Notes: generated by a model not told the origin, from the letters alone. Positions 13,905 to 28,586 are shown, counted from the stretch's first letter. The stretch: DNA of 64,000 nt from Octopus vulgaris (GCA_951406725.2 OX597836.1:37634001-37698000), one strand, 5' to 3'. Program-made: numbers and translations.

Positions 13905-14240
13905 CAGTCATTGGACTGTGGCCTTTCTGGTGCACCGCATTGAAGGGTTTAGTCGAACAAATCAGCCCCAGGACATATTCTTAAGTCTGGTATTTATTCT
14001 ATCAGTTCATTTTGCCGAAATGCTAATTTGCGAGCCCTTAAAGAAAGTAACACCGATTTTCAAACGATAGTGCGGGGTTGGGGAGGACGAACAAACAGAA
14101 AGACACACAAATTTACTTAAATATAGTATCCGTCGACCAAATTCGTTCGCAAGGCATTGGACAGTCCGGGACTATAGTAGAAGACGTGTCACGCAGTGGA
14201 ACAATCTGGAATCGTATGGTTTTCAAAGTGGTCTCTTCGA
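13905..14240 (-). mobile_element. Degenerate SINE family B
   Basis: tttcagtcattggactgtggcc...ctatagtagaagac...cacgcagtgg resembles the SINE-B reverse complement. Confidence 0.65.
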
Positions 14241-15480
14241 CCATCTAGCATCCTTCTAAAACACTTACCTTCGTAGTAATATCCATGTATGAATGAAGAG
14301 GGTGTTAATACAGCCTAACCCTCAATGAGTCCTAAAATAGAAGACCTATGACCACGGACGGAGAGTTTTTTTATCATGTCTCCTCCAAAAGGATTAAAGA
14401 GGCTTAAACCAAAGCAAATCACTGTTCAAATAATTCCTCCAGTGACCACTTGAAAGAAATCTTTCAAAGACCACTTTATGTAACTAAACAACCAACCATT
14501 AAGTTAATTCTAGTTTAAATCCCTAAGGAGAGAAAATAAATCTATGAATGGGAAATTAGTCTATCTTCGACAGTATCCTGAGAAGGCTTCACATCTTTTC
14601 CCGACTCCAAATTAAAGAAGGGTTTATAAATCGTCTGATGTTTGAACACGAGACATCAAGAGTGAGAAGTCCTTCAAATTGTAGATCTGAATTCTCTTCT
14701 TTCTAAGTCAAAGATTTGCAAATATTTTCGCCGTCGATGTAGTATATAATGTAAACATAAAGTGTAAACATTCAAACATCATCATCGTCTTTCCAAAACC
14801 TGGAATTTGCAATCCCCCCTGAAACATCTTGTATAAGTCTGTCTACCTCTTTTCGTTGTAAACTTTAGATAAAAATCTTGACTTGCATGCCAGAAAATAC
14901 GATAGTTAACTCTGACGTTAAGCACTTGACTTTGAAAAAACAACCGTTGCATAATTACTGTCTGTGTCTAGAATTCCAAGACAATTCTAACATAAATTGA
15001 GGATGTTGTTGTTTAGCCATTTCGGTACTGATTTATCAATTCTACGATCAAACGTCGACCTACCCTCCAAGCCAGTGAGACGGTCTCATTCGAAAGTTGC
15101 AACAATGCAAAGAAGCATATTGTGACCAGCGGTCTATAACGATAGTCTGATCGATACAGTGATACAGTGATGATCAAACGTGTTCCATTCTTGACATCCA
15201 GTCTTTGGATTACTAAATGAATATAATAACAAAAAATTGCGTTTGTTCGTTTTTATTGTTTGTTTCTTAAGCCGATGGTACGTAATTTGAGGGATATTTG
15301 GCTGTTATTTCTAGCCGTTCGCACTACTGTAGAAGGGTTCCCTTGATGTCTCAGAAATTAGATATGTTGTTCCGTAAAAACAATTTTTATATTAATTCAA
15401 ATAACATTGGAAAGAATTAAAATAAATGAAATAACAAAAAGAAAACCCGATGAATTTACTCCATCTATTTACTCCATGTA

Positions 15481-16054
15481 TTGGGTTGTCCGGAAAGTTC
15501 GTGCCGATTTTTAAAGGAAAGAAAAAAGGCAATAAATACTTGCCATTACCCAAGCTTTACCAAGTACTCATGAACGACGGATTTTGATAGGTTGAGGCTT
15601 TCTGCAAATACTCGGGTTGTGCAATGTGGGTTATTCTCAATTAATGACTTGATTTGGTCATTACCTGTAGTGGATGGTCTGCCTGATCGCTCTTTATCAA
15701 TAAAGCCACAATCTCCAGATCAGAACCTTGCGAACCACGTCCGTACAGTTCTTTCGGATGAAGAAACATCACCGTAAACAATGCATATTTCTTTGGTTGC
15801 TTGTGAGGCATTTTTCCCTTTACGGAAAAAGAAAAGCATCAAGTGCCGAAAATGAACTTTCTTATCTTCCATTTTAAAGGGCTACAGAATTAACACAGGT
15901 TATAGGAACATAAACCTTCTTCCACGAAAAGATAGCTTAAACTGTGCTCTAAATGGAGATGTAGTCAAATCTTATTTTATGGGCTCAACCATGTTCTAAA
16001 TTAAGTCGAAAGTTAAGCTACTATAAATCGGCACGAACTTTCCGGACAACCCAA
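15481..16054 (-). mobile_element. Internally deleted mariner element with transposase N-terminal HTH remnant (15872 to 15546)
   Basis: 30-bp TIR ttgggttgtccggaaagttcgtgccgattt with TA on both sides. Translation MEDKKVHFRHLMLFFFRKGKNASQA...WFARF*SGD...RSGRP. Confidence 0.92.
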
Positions 16055-17046
16055 TATTTAATCCTTCCTTATTAAAGATGACAGAGTGCAACTTGAGTGC
16101 AATTCAACAGCTATTTATAGCAGATCGAGCCGCTTCTTAGAGACTGTTCTCTGTCTGAAAATATCAACACGTAAGGTGTTACGTCAACCATGTTTCATAA
16201 CACTTCTTATCCTGTTATCGTTATCTAAACATATACAAATATATACAGCAGCGTTTCCTAATGGCATTTCCATTAGGAACACGGGGTAAAGAGATTTTTA
16301 ACCATGCACTTGTCTTAATTCTAAAGAAAACATAAAATTTTATTCGCACAACACAACGCAATGACCTTATGAATTCCTTTTTATCAACTTCGTCTTTTTA
16401 CTTCTTTCAACGATTCACAAATATCAGTTTCCTCTCTCTCCTCAAAACCGAAAATATTAAGGAAATGTCTTGCCATAAACTCCTTTTACAGCGACCCTAC
16501 CATCGCTATCAACCAAATGTGTCGAAACGATCTTCCATTACATAGATTATAGTATATTTTCCTCAATATTTCCTGCAAAATCACAAAGAGCCTTTGTATA
16601 ACTCAACGCCTACGCAATATGTATCGTATTTTCTTTTTTAAAGTTTTAGCTATATTTAAACGATGAATAACTCAAAATTCATAAATCTTTAAACATCGTA
16701 CACGTCTGTATTAATCAAAAAATATTTTACTCCCTACTTCTATCACGATCCTTATAATTCAAGTTGACCTATGATGAGCGTTTGTGAACCCTCACAGGCA
16801 CATATATGTATACAGGTGGCGTATTTGAGTACAGACATGGAGGTCAAAACAGTGCTACATTGTAAGGAGTGTTATTATTATAACAGCTTTCAGTTCACAT
16901 CTAGTTATTCAAATTTTACGTTATTCATCATTAGACTGAAAAAAAAGAGCCACGATAATCAGACTGAGGGTTCCTAACACGAAATGCGAGTAATTAGACA
17001 TCTAGGCATGAGGCAGCTTTTATCATCTAGGCAGATTTTATCATTT

Positions 17047-17917
<871 letters not shown>

Positions 17918-18231
17918 CTTTCTTTTATTAGCCACACAGGGCTGAATACAGAGGAGACAAATACAAATGCAGAGCTTTTCTTTTCGAGGGTGGAAAAAAA
18001 TAAAAAATGTAAGTTTGCGATCAAAAGGGATCGAGAGGAGGAAAAAAAAGGAAAAAACAGAAAATCGTGTATCACAGAAATAATGGTGTAAACATTGATA
18101 TAACAAGATTGGGTTCATCCGTGGGAAGAAAAGCCTACAGAAAAGACCACGGGAACCCCAGTCAGGGAGGAAATAAACACATGAGGTCAAAAATGCTCTC
18201 TTTTTTTTTTTCTTTCTTTCTTTTTTACGAT

Positions 18232-20815
18232 CTACAGGATCATGCTCAAAATGGTTTCGTTACTAGCACGCACCATCTTTGCAACATTCACCCATCTTTT
18301 ATTGAATCTTTCGCGAGACAAAACTTCCCTCTCCATTCTCACCTTCCTTTTCAAGTGGTACTTGAAAAAGTTGATGAGCGAATGGCCAGAGAGGTAAGTG
18401 TTTGTCTCTAATCCTTTCGCTCGAGTCCACCACACACATTCTTTCACCATGGCCACCAGTACGATGAAAACTGCCTTGCCTTCCCGGTTGAGGGAAGGGG
18501 GCGGAGCAATTCTCACGATAGACTCGGCCGATAGGCGGATTCGTCCCACACGTGACAGCAGCCGTTCGGCATAAGCCCACAGGTCGGAAATGGTTGGACA
18601 TTGCACGAGTGCGTGCAGAACGGTTTCGTCGCTCTGACCGCATCTCGGGCAAGTCGGTCCAGTGTGTCTGGAACCGTGTCTGTAGAGCTTATCCCGAACA
18701 GGTAATGCTTCTCGATAGCACTGCCAGGCCAGGGATCTTTGGTGATTGTTCATAGGTCCCGGCCCGAAAGTTGTCCTGAACAGGCGGGTCAGGTGTTCCT
18801 CGTCGACGCCCAGACTCTGCCCGAGTTCGTCGTCGCACCTCCCCTCCACTAATCCTCTATAGAATGCCTTTGTTGTGATGGAGTCGCACAAGTTCGATCC
18901 CGGACGGCAGAGTTGCTTGAGAGCAACGCGACACTCACGGTGCCATTCGCCTAGCCTCGGTCTCTGCTTGATCCATGACTGTAGTTCGTCCAAGGAGACG
19001 AGCTGCGGGAAAGCGCGCCGCACAAAAGGCGACCACCCCTGTTCACCGTTGTCTATGAAGCGCCGGAGATGTCGCAGTCTCAGCGCATGTCTGCGCATCA
19101 TCAACCACGGCATGCCCAGCCCTCCATTTAGCGGGTGTTGGCAGCAAATGGATCGCCTGACCATCGGAACGTTTCCCTTCCACAAGAAGCGGAAGAGTAT
19201 GCGTTCCAGTTTGGTGATGGTAGGGTCGGGACAAGGCACGACGGTCAGACGGTACTCGATGACGGATGCGATGTACGCGTTCGCCACCTCCGCCCGACCT
19301 TTTAGGGATAGCTTTCTCTCAGTCCATTTCTGGGTGAGAGTAGCCACCCTAGTCGTTATCTCGCCCCAGTTCTTCTCCATTTGGAGGTCCGGACCGAACC
19401 AGACCCCGAGCAATTTAACCGGTCCGTCCGTCCAGCGTCCCACGATGGAGACGCTGTTGGACGGCATGGGCTTGCTTCTCCAGGTGCCGAGCCGCAAGCC
19501 CACTGACTTTTCCCGGTTAATTTTTGCTCCCGTTACCGCTTCGTATTCTTTCAGTGTCTCGCCGACCAGCTCGATGTGCTCGTAGCTCGACACTATGACG
19601 GTGACGTCATCCGCGTATGCAGACACGCTCCTCCCGCATCCCAGCTCTCGTGGGATGCCCCTCAGCGTCGCCAGTTTCCGCAGTAGTGGCTCAAGAGTCA
19701 GTACATACAGCAGCGATGAGAGGGGGCATCCTTGACGAACCGAACGCATGATGTTAAAAGGTCTGGATAGATGACCATTTACGCGAACTACTGAGCGGAT
19801 GCCGCTGTATAAGGCAGCGATCCAACTGCGGAAAACTGGACCGAAACCAGCCGCTTTGAGGACAGCCTCCAAGTAGTGATGGTCTACCCTATCGAAGGCT
19901 TTTGATTGATCCAAATTGATCAGCGCCCCACCCATGCCAGGATTTTTAACTACCCTGTCTATGATGTAGCGCATCAGATGGAGGTTGTCATGAATACTTC
20001 TACCCGGCACGGCGCATGTTTGCGCCTTGTCGATTAGTTTCTTGATGACAAGCGCCAACCTCTCGGCTAACACCTTGGCCAAAATTTTCAAATCTGCGTT
20101 GAGCAGAGTGATGGGCCTGAAATTATCTATGACGTCCCCCTTGTTTGGGTCTTTCTTGATCAGTGCCACTGCTCCTCGCTTTACAAAAGCAGGAATACTC
20201 CCGTTCTGCTGCCAGTTGCAGTAGACAGCTGCCAAGACGCCTCCAAACAAGTCTGGCATATGAAAATAAAATTCGTAGGGCAGACCATCCAAGCCTGGTG
20301 ACTTGTCTCTCGCGCAGCCTACCATCGCATCCTGTACGTCCGCAGCTGTGATAGGCTTTTCACAAGACTCCACCTCCCTTGCTGAGAGTCGTGGCAAGGC
20401 ATGCAGGTAGGCACTAAAGTCCACTCTGCTTTCTGACTCACCACTTGTCCCAAACAGTTGGGTGAAGTGTTGTTGAAAAACCCCACACATCCTTTTAGGC
20501 TCGAGTAATTCGCGCCCCTGTTCATCTATAAGAGACTTGATGGTGGCTCTGTTGCCTCGTTGCGTCTCCACCACTCGGGCCTCTTGGGCGGCTCCAACTC
20601 CTTCGTTCCTCAGAGCACGCATCCTAGCTCTGACAACGCATCCCTCGTGTTTGGCGTTGAGGTGTTGGTCGAGGGCCAATCTCGCCGCCAGTACGTTGGA
20701 CGCGATGCCAGTTCTAAGTGCCTCTTCTAAAACCTTAACTAATTCTCCCTCTACTCTATTTCGGTCTAATGCTAGGGCTCTACTGTATCTGACTGATTCT
20801 GCTTTAATCGCTTTT
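18232..20815 (-). CDS. LINE ORF2, RT and C-terminal zinc finger part (continuation after the frameshift)
   Basis: [48 protein letters not shown] and [18 protein letters not shown]; no internal stops. Confidence 0.95.
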
Positions 20816-21668
20816 TTAGGGAATACCACCATCTGTTGTTGATGATGGTACCCGTCAAAGCTCTCTTAACTAATGTGCTGATCCGGTCCCTGTAAACCTG
20901 TCGTGCTGTAAAAGACGCGTTCAGTTTCCAGTAACCAGGACCCTGCCTATGTGTCTTATCTAAGTCAAGTGTACAAGTCACAAACTTGTGATCTGTGTAA
21001 CTGACTATATGAAATTGTGGACAACCTACACTATTTTTATCTATTGTCCTACAGAATACTCTATCTAAGTATGATCTGGACGACCCGATGCGGTTACTCC
21101 ATGTCCACATTGGCACATTCGGGTGGTCCAGTCGGTACCTGTCAGACAGTTGGAAACGTCTGAGCAGGTCTTTGAGGCATTTGCATCCCCTTCTATTGCT
21201 ATCTCTGCCCACGTAGTCTAGATGCGTGTCCAGGGTGGCATTCCAATCCCCCACTAAAAGTAAAGGACGAGACGTTCCCATGAAAGACTCTAGACGTCGA
21301 AAGAAATCTGGTCGGCCTGTTAAGGACGGAGCATAAACTGCTATCAGTCGAAAAGCACACTCATTGCTGCCATCGACATCCAAAACGACCAGCCTACCCT
21401 CCGGGTCTAGGAAATTTGCTCTTACTTTGAGATCCAGACTCTTCCGGATAAGCACCGCGGTGCCACCTCCGCCCATTCTCGGTAGACACGGAGAAAAATA
21501 AATGTTGAAATGTGTACCGAAAATGTGCTGGAGTGCCCGCAAGCTGTGGAGTCTGGTCTCACTGATGGCTATGATATTCAGATTTAGTGACTTGATGTCA
21601 TTTAACAGGTAGCCTTGTTTCCAAGGCGACCCCAAGCCACGTACATTTATACTACCTATTCTGAGCAT
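20816..21668 (-). CDS. LINE ORF2, APE-type endonuclease part (ATG at 21668)
   Basis: MLRIGSINVRG, ISETR, AVYAP, VGDWNA, SYLDR, TDH, GPGYWKLN. Joins the RT frame via a 1-nt shift at 20812-20817. Confidence 0.93.
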
Positions 21669-21710
21669 GTTCCGATAAAAGTGCAAAAAAGGAAAAGGAG
21701 AGAGAAAAGG

Positions 21711-23848
21711 TTACTTGTTTTCCGAAAGTTCTTTGTCTTTCACCTCACGGTCTTCTTCTATGAGGCTTTTATACAGTTTTTTTGATGAGTACTTTTGAAA
21801 TCTCCCTACTGCATCAGGGTAAAGAGATTTCAGGGTGCTGTATGTGTTCTGTGTCACGTGTATTATTTTAATGTGTTGTGGTGGTGTTGTGTGTGGGTGG
21901 TTACTTGTTTTTATGTCGTTTTCAGTAATGTTAGTGTTTGACCTAATGTGTTCCATTAGGTCGTGGTTGTTTGTGTTTATGGCTGTCAACATTTTTGGGG
22001 GGTTTGATGATGGTGTGTTTGTGTTGATGTGTGTGTTTTCTGTGGATGTTTTTGTTTCGGGAGTGGTGTATCTTCCCGCTTTGTTTGTTATTTTTTCTTT
22101 TCTTTTTTTCCCCTTTTTCTTCTCCCCCCTGTGGCTATTTGCCAATCTTCCGTGTCTTCTTCGTCTAATGACAGATCAGACGAATCGGAGTCTGGAAGAG
22201 GGAAAGTATTGGGGTCTATTGTCGACTGTGTTGGTTTTGTTGTTGGTGTTGGTTGGTGAGCGTTTGGTTGTGGTGTGTGCGGTTTTGGATGTGGGGTTTG
22301 GGTATTTTGTGTTTGAGTGATTGTGGGTATTGTTGTGTTGTTTAGGGTCTCAATTTTGTGGGGATTTGGAGTTGTAATTGTTTCTTCATTTATGCTGGGT
22401 GTCTTTTTGGCAGATGTCCTTGGTTTGGGAGTTGGTATATTCTTGGTTGTTGTTGTTGGTGATGCTGCTTCTGTTCTTGGTGCTGCAGTTGGTGTGGTTG
22501 TTTGTTTGGTGAGGTTTGTTCCTGCAAAAAGTGGTGTGGGTAGTAGACCTTGTTTATTTGTTTTTGTTTCCGGCTGCTGTTGTTTTCTTGCGGCAGATTT
22601 GCAGTCTTTTTTGAGATGTTGCTCACTGCCGCATATGTAGCAACGTGGTCTTCTGCCATCGACGACCACATATAACTTGTGGTCGTCTGATACACATATC
22701 TGGGTGGGTATTTTTTTTATATCTTCATGATGTATATGTAGAAGAAATTCTATTTTCTTTCCCACCCAGTTTTTATGCTCTGTGACTGTGGTTTCCAAAA
22801 TAGTATAATTCGCCATTTTTATGCATAAAGCCTTTACAAGCCATAGACTATTGGCTATTTTGGGGACATTGTTTAGAGTGATCTTAGTCACTTTCTGTCC
22901 CCGATAGCTTGGTGTAAGTTGGAGTTCATCTGAGTGAAGAGTTAGCGTTGAGAAATGTCTAGCTAACTCTTCGGTGTAGAAAACGACTTGTATGTGGGCA
23001 AATTTGTTCCACCAGGTTACATATTCTTTGTGATCCCAGATGGGTTTCAGGCACTTCTCTATTTTGCCTGTGTTGGCCTTCTCTGGGATTTTTGTTTTTT
23101 TGTTAACTATTTTATAAATGATTGTTCGTCTTTTTTCATTTTCCAAAATATCTTCTGGTATGTTAATTTTTACGATACCTTCTGATTCTGTTATTTTGAT
23201 GTTCGTGTCCTGTAATTGTTGAGCCGTAAAGTATATTGTTGTTTTTTTTTCTTTAATCGCCTCAGCGAAATTTGTTGTTGTTTTGTTATTGTTGTTGCTT
23301 GTGGTGATGTTGTTGGCTGCAGTTTGTAAAATTGGTGTGTTAGGTTCGATCGTGCAAGTAGGAAGGGGTGGAAAATTGCCTGCGTACTTTAGTCCTGCAC
23401 TAGGGCAAAATTCGACATTTCGTTTGCTTGTCGTCGTTATTTTTTCACTTGTTGGTGATGGAGTGAGCAGTGGTTGAAGGGAATTGTTGTTGTCGTCGTT
23501 GTTGTTGTTGTTATTGTCGTTCTTGGTGACGGCTGTGGTGTTGGTAGTATTTGTAGCATTGACGGCACGGTCTTTGGTGGCGGTGATGGTGATGTTGGTG
23601 TTGTTATTGGTGGCAATATCTTTAGTAGGGATAGCAGTTTTAGTAGCAGATTCTGCCATGGTGTTGGTGGTGGTGGTGGACTCACTGATGGTGTTGACGG
23701 TGCTTGGCCTTGCGACCTTTGTTTTGTATTTGTTGCTGTTGGTGGTGGTGGAGTTGTCAGGTTCGGCGTATGCTAACAGAGCATCCTGTTTTTCTGTTTC
23801 TCCGTCACGCTTGACTTGCAACTCAGCCTCGTGGTGGTCAGTGGCCAT
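21711..23848 (-). CDS. LINE ORF1 (gag-like nucleic-acid-binding protein); probable C-terminal extension 21711-22090 across a 1-nt frameshift
   Basis: ATG in aaaATGG context at 23848, CCHC knuckle CYICGSEQHLKKDC, T/N-rich disordered arms, acidic patch followed by basic RRKRGKKEKK. Confidence 0.85.
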
Positions 23849-24399
23849 TTTGGAAATAAAATGGCTAAATGAAACCACGAAGGCTATGAGAATTTTTTCT
23901 TTTAAATTTTGCCCACAAGGGGCAAAATTTTGTGTCGATATTTATCAAAGGTTTACGGTGGATGTTGTTGTACAACTTTTAAGCAAAAAATGTTTGTCAA
24001 TATACACTTTTAAATAGTCAAAATAAATGATTACCTTCGGAGCCGAAACGACATCACATCCGTCAGTCAAGATAGATAGATAGATAGACAGATAGATAGA
24101 TAGATAATGAAAGAAAAGTTTGGTAGAACGAACAAGAGAAACAACGCAATACATGAGTATATACCCGTGTATATATATGTCTGGGTATGCATTTATGCAT
24201 GCATGTATGTATGTATTCACATGTAGTAACTGACAGGAATGTATCCCCATATACGTGATATCTCATGCGTTTCATTACATGTGAAACGACATACATTGAA
24301 CTGTATGTGTTCCTGGGAGGTCGTCACTTTCAATAAAAGAATATGCACACTACATTGAGATGTGTTTTATCCTTTATTGAGCTGTTGTCTTCTTGATCT

Positions 24400-25484
<1,085 letters not shown>

Positions 25485-25499
25485 TTGTTGTATTACAGT

Positions 25500-25685
25500 G
25501 TTCATATGCACTACAACTAAAAGAAGCTAAATAAATAAAAAGGCATCTGGTGTACTGTTAGCGAATTTCAGGAAGCATGGCGGTTTTTTGTGATGTAGTG
25601 TCTCGACAGCTAAAAGCTGAAATGGGTAGTTTATTCCATGCTTCAGCAATTCTGAACGTGTAAAAATGTTTCCAAATGTCATATT
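25500..25685 (-). mobile_element. CR1/L2-type LINE 3' end fragment
   Basis: Translation KHFYTFRIAEAWNKLP resembles the CR1 ORF2 C-terminal FFxxRV..WNxLP motif. Confidence 0.6.
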
Positions 25686-25720
25686 CGTGTATTTCACTTA
25701 TAAATATATATATATATATA

Positions 25721-26115
25721 CTAGCAGTATCGCCCGGCGTTGCTCGAGTTTGTAAGGGAAATAACTATATAAGCATTTTTAGACATGTAAAGTATAATAG
25801 CCATCTCAATATGGCTAACCACAAAGGGGAGGTGTTACTGTAGCTTTTTACGTTCTGAGATTTAATAATAAATTTTTAGAGACTTACTTCCCTTATATAT
25901 GCCAAAAATGCATTAAAAATGGGAAAAATTGATGGTAATTTTTTTTTAAATCGTAGACTCATTGTAGACGCGCGCTAATACCCAGAAGGGCTCGATATGA
26001 ATCCCGACTATAAGATACCCGGTTTTGGTTAAACTGCACCGCAAAATGTGGGAGTAGTTAGGAATCTAAATCGTAGGAGACAGACAGCACACAACCTCTC
26101 TTTTATATATAAAGA
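25721..26115 (-). mobile_element. Non-autonomous Helitron
   Basis: 5' TC(TTTATATATAAAA), 3' GC-rich hairpin then CTAG, flanked by A/T. Confidence 0.85.
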
Positions 26116-26119
26116 TATA

Positions 26120-26625
26120 TCTATATATATAAAACTCTAGTTGTGTGAGTGTCTGTCCCCTTCGATTTAGATTCCTAACTCCTCCCACATTTTGCGGTGC
26201 AGTTTAACCAAATTCGGGTATCTTATAGTCGTGATTCATATCGAGCCCGTCTGCCTATTAGCGCGCGTCAACGATGAGTCTACGATTTTAAAAATAATTT
26301 AACATCATTTTTTATTCCATTTTAATGCATAAAATGCATCGTGTGTCGATGGCGGCGGAGTTGGCGTCCACGCTCACAGCTGCACCTGTTTGCTTCTCCC
26401 CCTTCCCTCCCTCGTGAAGCTGTGGGGAAGGGAGTGTAAAGAAATCAACGTCGTAATGCGTTGGGAAGGAAACCAGCGTTCTTTTAGAACAACGACTTCA
26501 TGGCTTGAAGACACCAAAACAAAAATGGCTAAGAAAGCCCGAATTTATAAGGGAAGTAACTCTCTAAAAATGCTTATATAGTTATTTCCCTTACAAACCC
26601 GAGCAACGCCGGGCGATACTGCTAG
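26120..26625 (+). mobile_element. Non-autonomous Helitron of the same family, opposite orientation
   Basis: 5' TCTATATATATAAAA, 3' cccgagcaacgccgggcgatactgCTAG|T. Confidence 0.88.
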
Positions 26626-27109
26626 TATATATATATAAATCAAAATAAGCAACAAGGATATCCAGAGGTAATGCCTTATGATCGTTTCAAGCAACTCCAT
26701 TTCATTTAACAGTGCAATCATTACATCAATTTAAATGCAGAGCAATCCTCAGTTGCATAAAGACATAGAATTTAATTAAATTAAAACAGATGGACACATG
26801 AGTATAATTTTACCTAAAATGTCCAAGAAGGTAAGGAGATAGACAAAGGAACTGCTGTCTTCAATTCAGCTTAGAAGCTACTAAGGTATCAGGAAGAAAG
26901 ACTTGTTACAGATTTTTCTTGTCACTGTTTTATGGGGTCAGATTTAATTTATAGACTAGTTTATCAAATCTTTGAATATCTAAGGCCAAAAGAGCAAGGA
27001 GCAGTGCCTGTTAGGAAGGGAGCTGAGGGTGTCGACAGAAATCATAGAAGTATCGTCATAAAAGCTTCGAAATGGAAAGTAATTCCAACCAAAGAAATTT
27101 TTGCTTTTG

Positions 27110-27520
27110 TTTCTTTTTTTTCACTTGTTTCAGTCATATGACTGCGGCCATTCTAGAGCATTGCTTTTAGTCAATCAAATCGCCCCCAGAACTTATTCAT
27201 TGTAAGCCTAGTATTTATTCTACCGGTGTATTTTGCCGAACCGCTAAGTAACGGGGATGTAAACAGACCAACATCGGTTGTCAAGCGATAGTGGTGGGAT
27301 AAACACCGAATACAAACGCACACATACATACATATATATATATATATATAAATATATATATATTTGACGGGATTCTTGCAGTTTCCATCTAAAAAATCTA
27401 CTCACGAGGCTTTGATCGGCCCTAGTCTATAGTAGAAGACATTTGCCCAAGGTACCACGCATTGAGACTGAACCCGGAACCATGTAGTAAGGAAGCAAGC
27501 TTCTTACCACACATCCATTT
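27110..27520 (-). mobile_element. SINE family B
   Basis: Reverse complement of the SINE-B tail, microsatellite and head. Confidence 0.85.
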
Positions 27521-28270
27521 TTTTTTTTATTCAACCACATGATGGTAACCTTCTGAAATTAGCTGAAACAAACCTTTTGATCCTACAGATCAAAAGTGAG
27601 AAATTAACTGACATATATGTAGGTCATCGCTTTTAAGTTCTTAAGATCAATTTACTGTAATTAATGCGTGTGTCATTGCCATCTTTATTTCATTCGTTTA
27701 CTGATATTCCTACTGCTCCACGACCGCCCCTATAATTGTTGATTTTACTAATATTATTTATATCTTTATAATTATTATTATTATTATCATTATTATTATT
27801 ATCATTATTATTATTATTATTGTTATTATCATTATTATTATTATTGTTATTATCATTATTATTATTATTATTTTATTATTATTAATATAAGAAGGTGTTT
27901 CTCAATTACTGTCCATATAATGTAATTTAATTTTACGGATACCCAATTAATTGGTTAGCGTACTTTTGCTCTATAATATTATCAGCTGTATTAAATTAAT
28001 TATCAGCTATATTAAATTAATTATCAGCCATATTAAATTAACCCTTAGCTTACATTACTAACTAATCCTATACTCTAGTTTTATTTAATATTAATTATTA
28101 TGCAATTATTTGTACGTATTATACATATGCTTAGCATGACGAACACAAAATCATTACTCTTTCATGCCTGTGGTTAATTAATTGAAGTTTAGTTGTACAT
28201 TTCTTCGACACACCATTCACATCGTTTACTCCTGCTACAGTATGGTTTTTCCCGGCTAATTATTTCCCAG

Positions 28271-28586
28271 GTGCAATCTTAGTCTTGAGAAGGGGACAGG
28301 TTGTCAGCAGCGAAGGCATCCAATTACCAGATGGCCAGACATTAAAATCATTGAAAGGAAGAGAGAGTTATAAGTATCTAGGAATATTAGAGTCTGACAG
28401 GGTACTAACTACAGAAATGAAAGCAGAAATTGAGGAGTACATCAGAAGCTAATGAAGTCAAAGCTAAATGGTCTGAATCTAGTGAAGGCTGTAAATACTT
28501 GGACAGTATCATTACTTAGATACTCAGCAGCTTTTGTAGATTGGACAAAAACTGAATTAGCAAAGTTAGACAGAAGAACTACGAAG
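28271..28586 (+). pseudogene. R4/Dong-clade LINE RT/thumb fragment
   Basis: CAILVLRRGQVVSSEGIQLPDG...YKYLGILE...KSKLNGLNLVKAVNTWTVSLLRYSAAFVDWTKTELAKLDRRT, with one frameshift. Confidence 0.85.

Noticed and set aside
18875-19585. 236-aa and other ORFs antisense to or overlapping the LINE ORFs
   Set aside because: Shadows of GC-rich or low-complexity coding sequence; no motifs.
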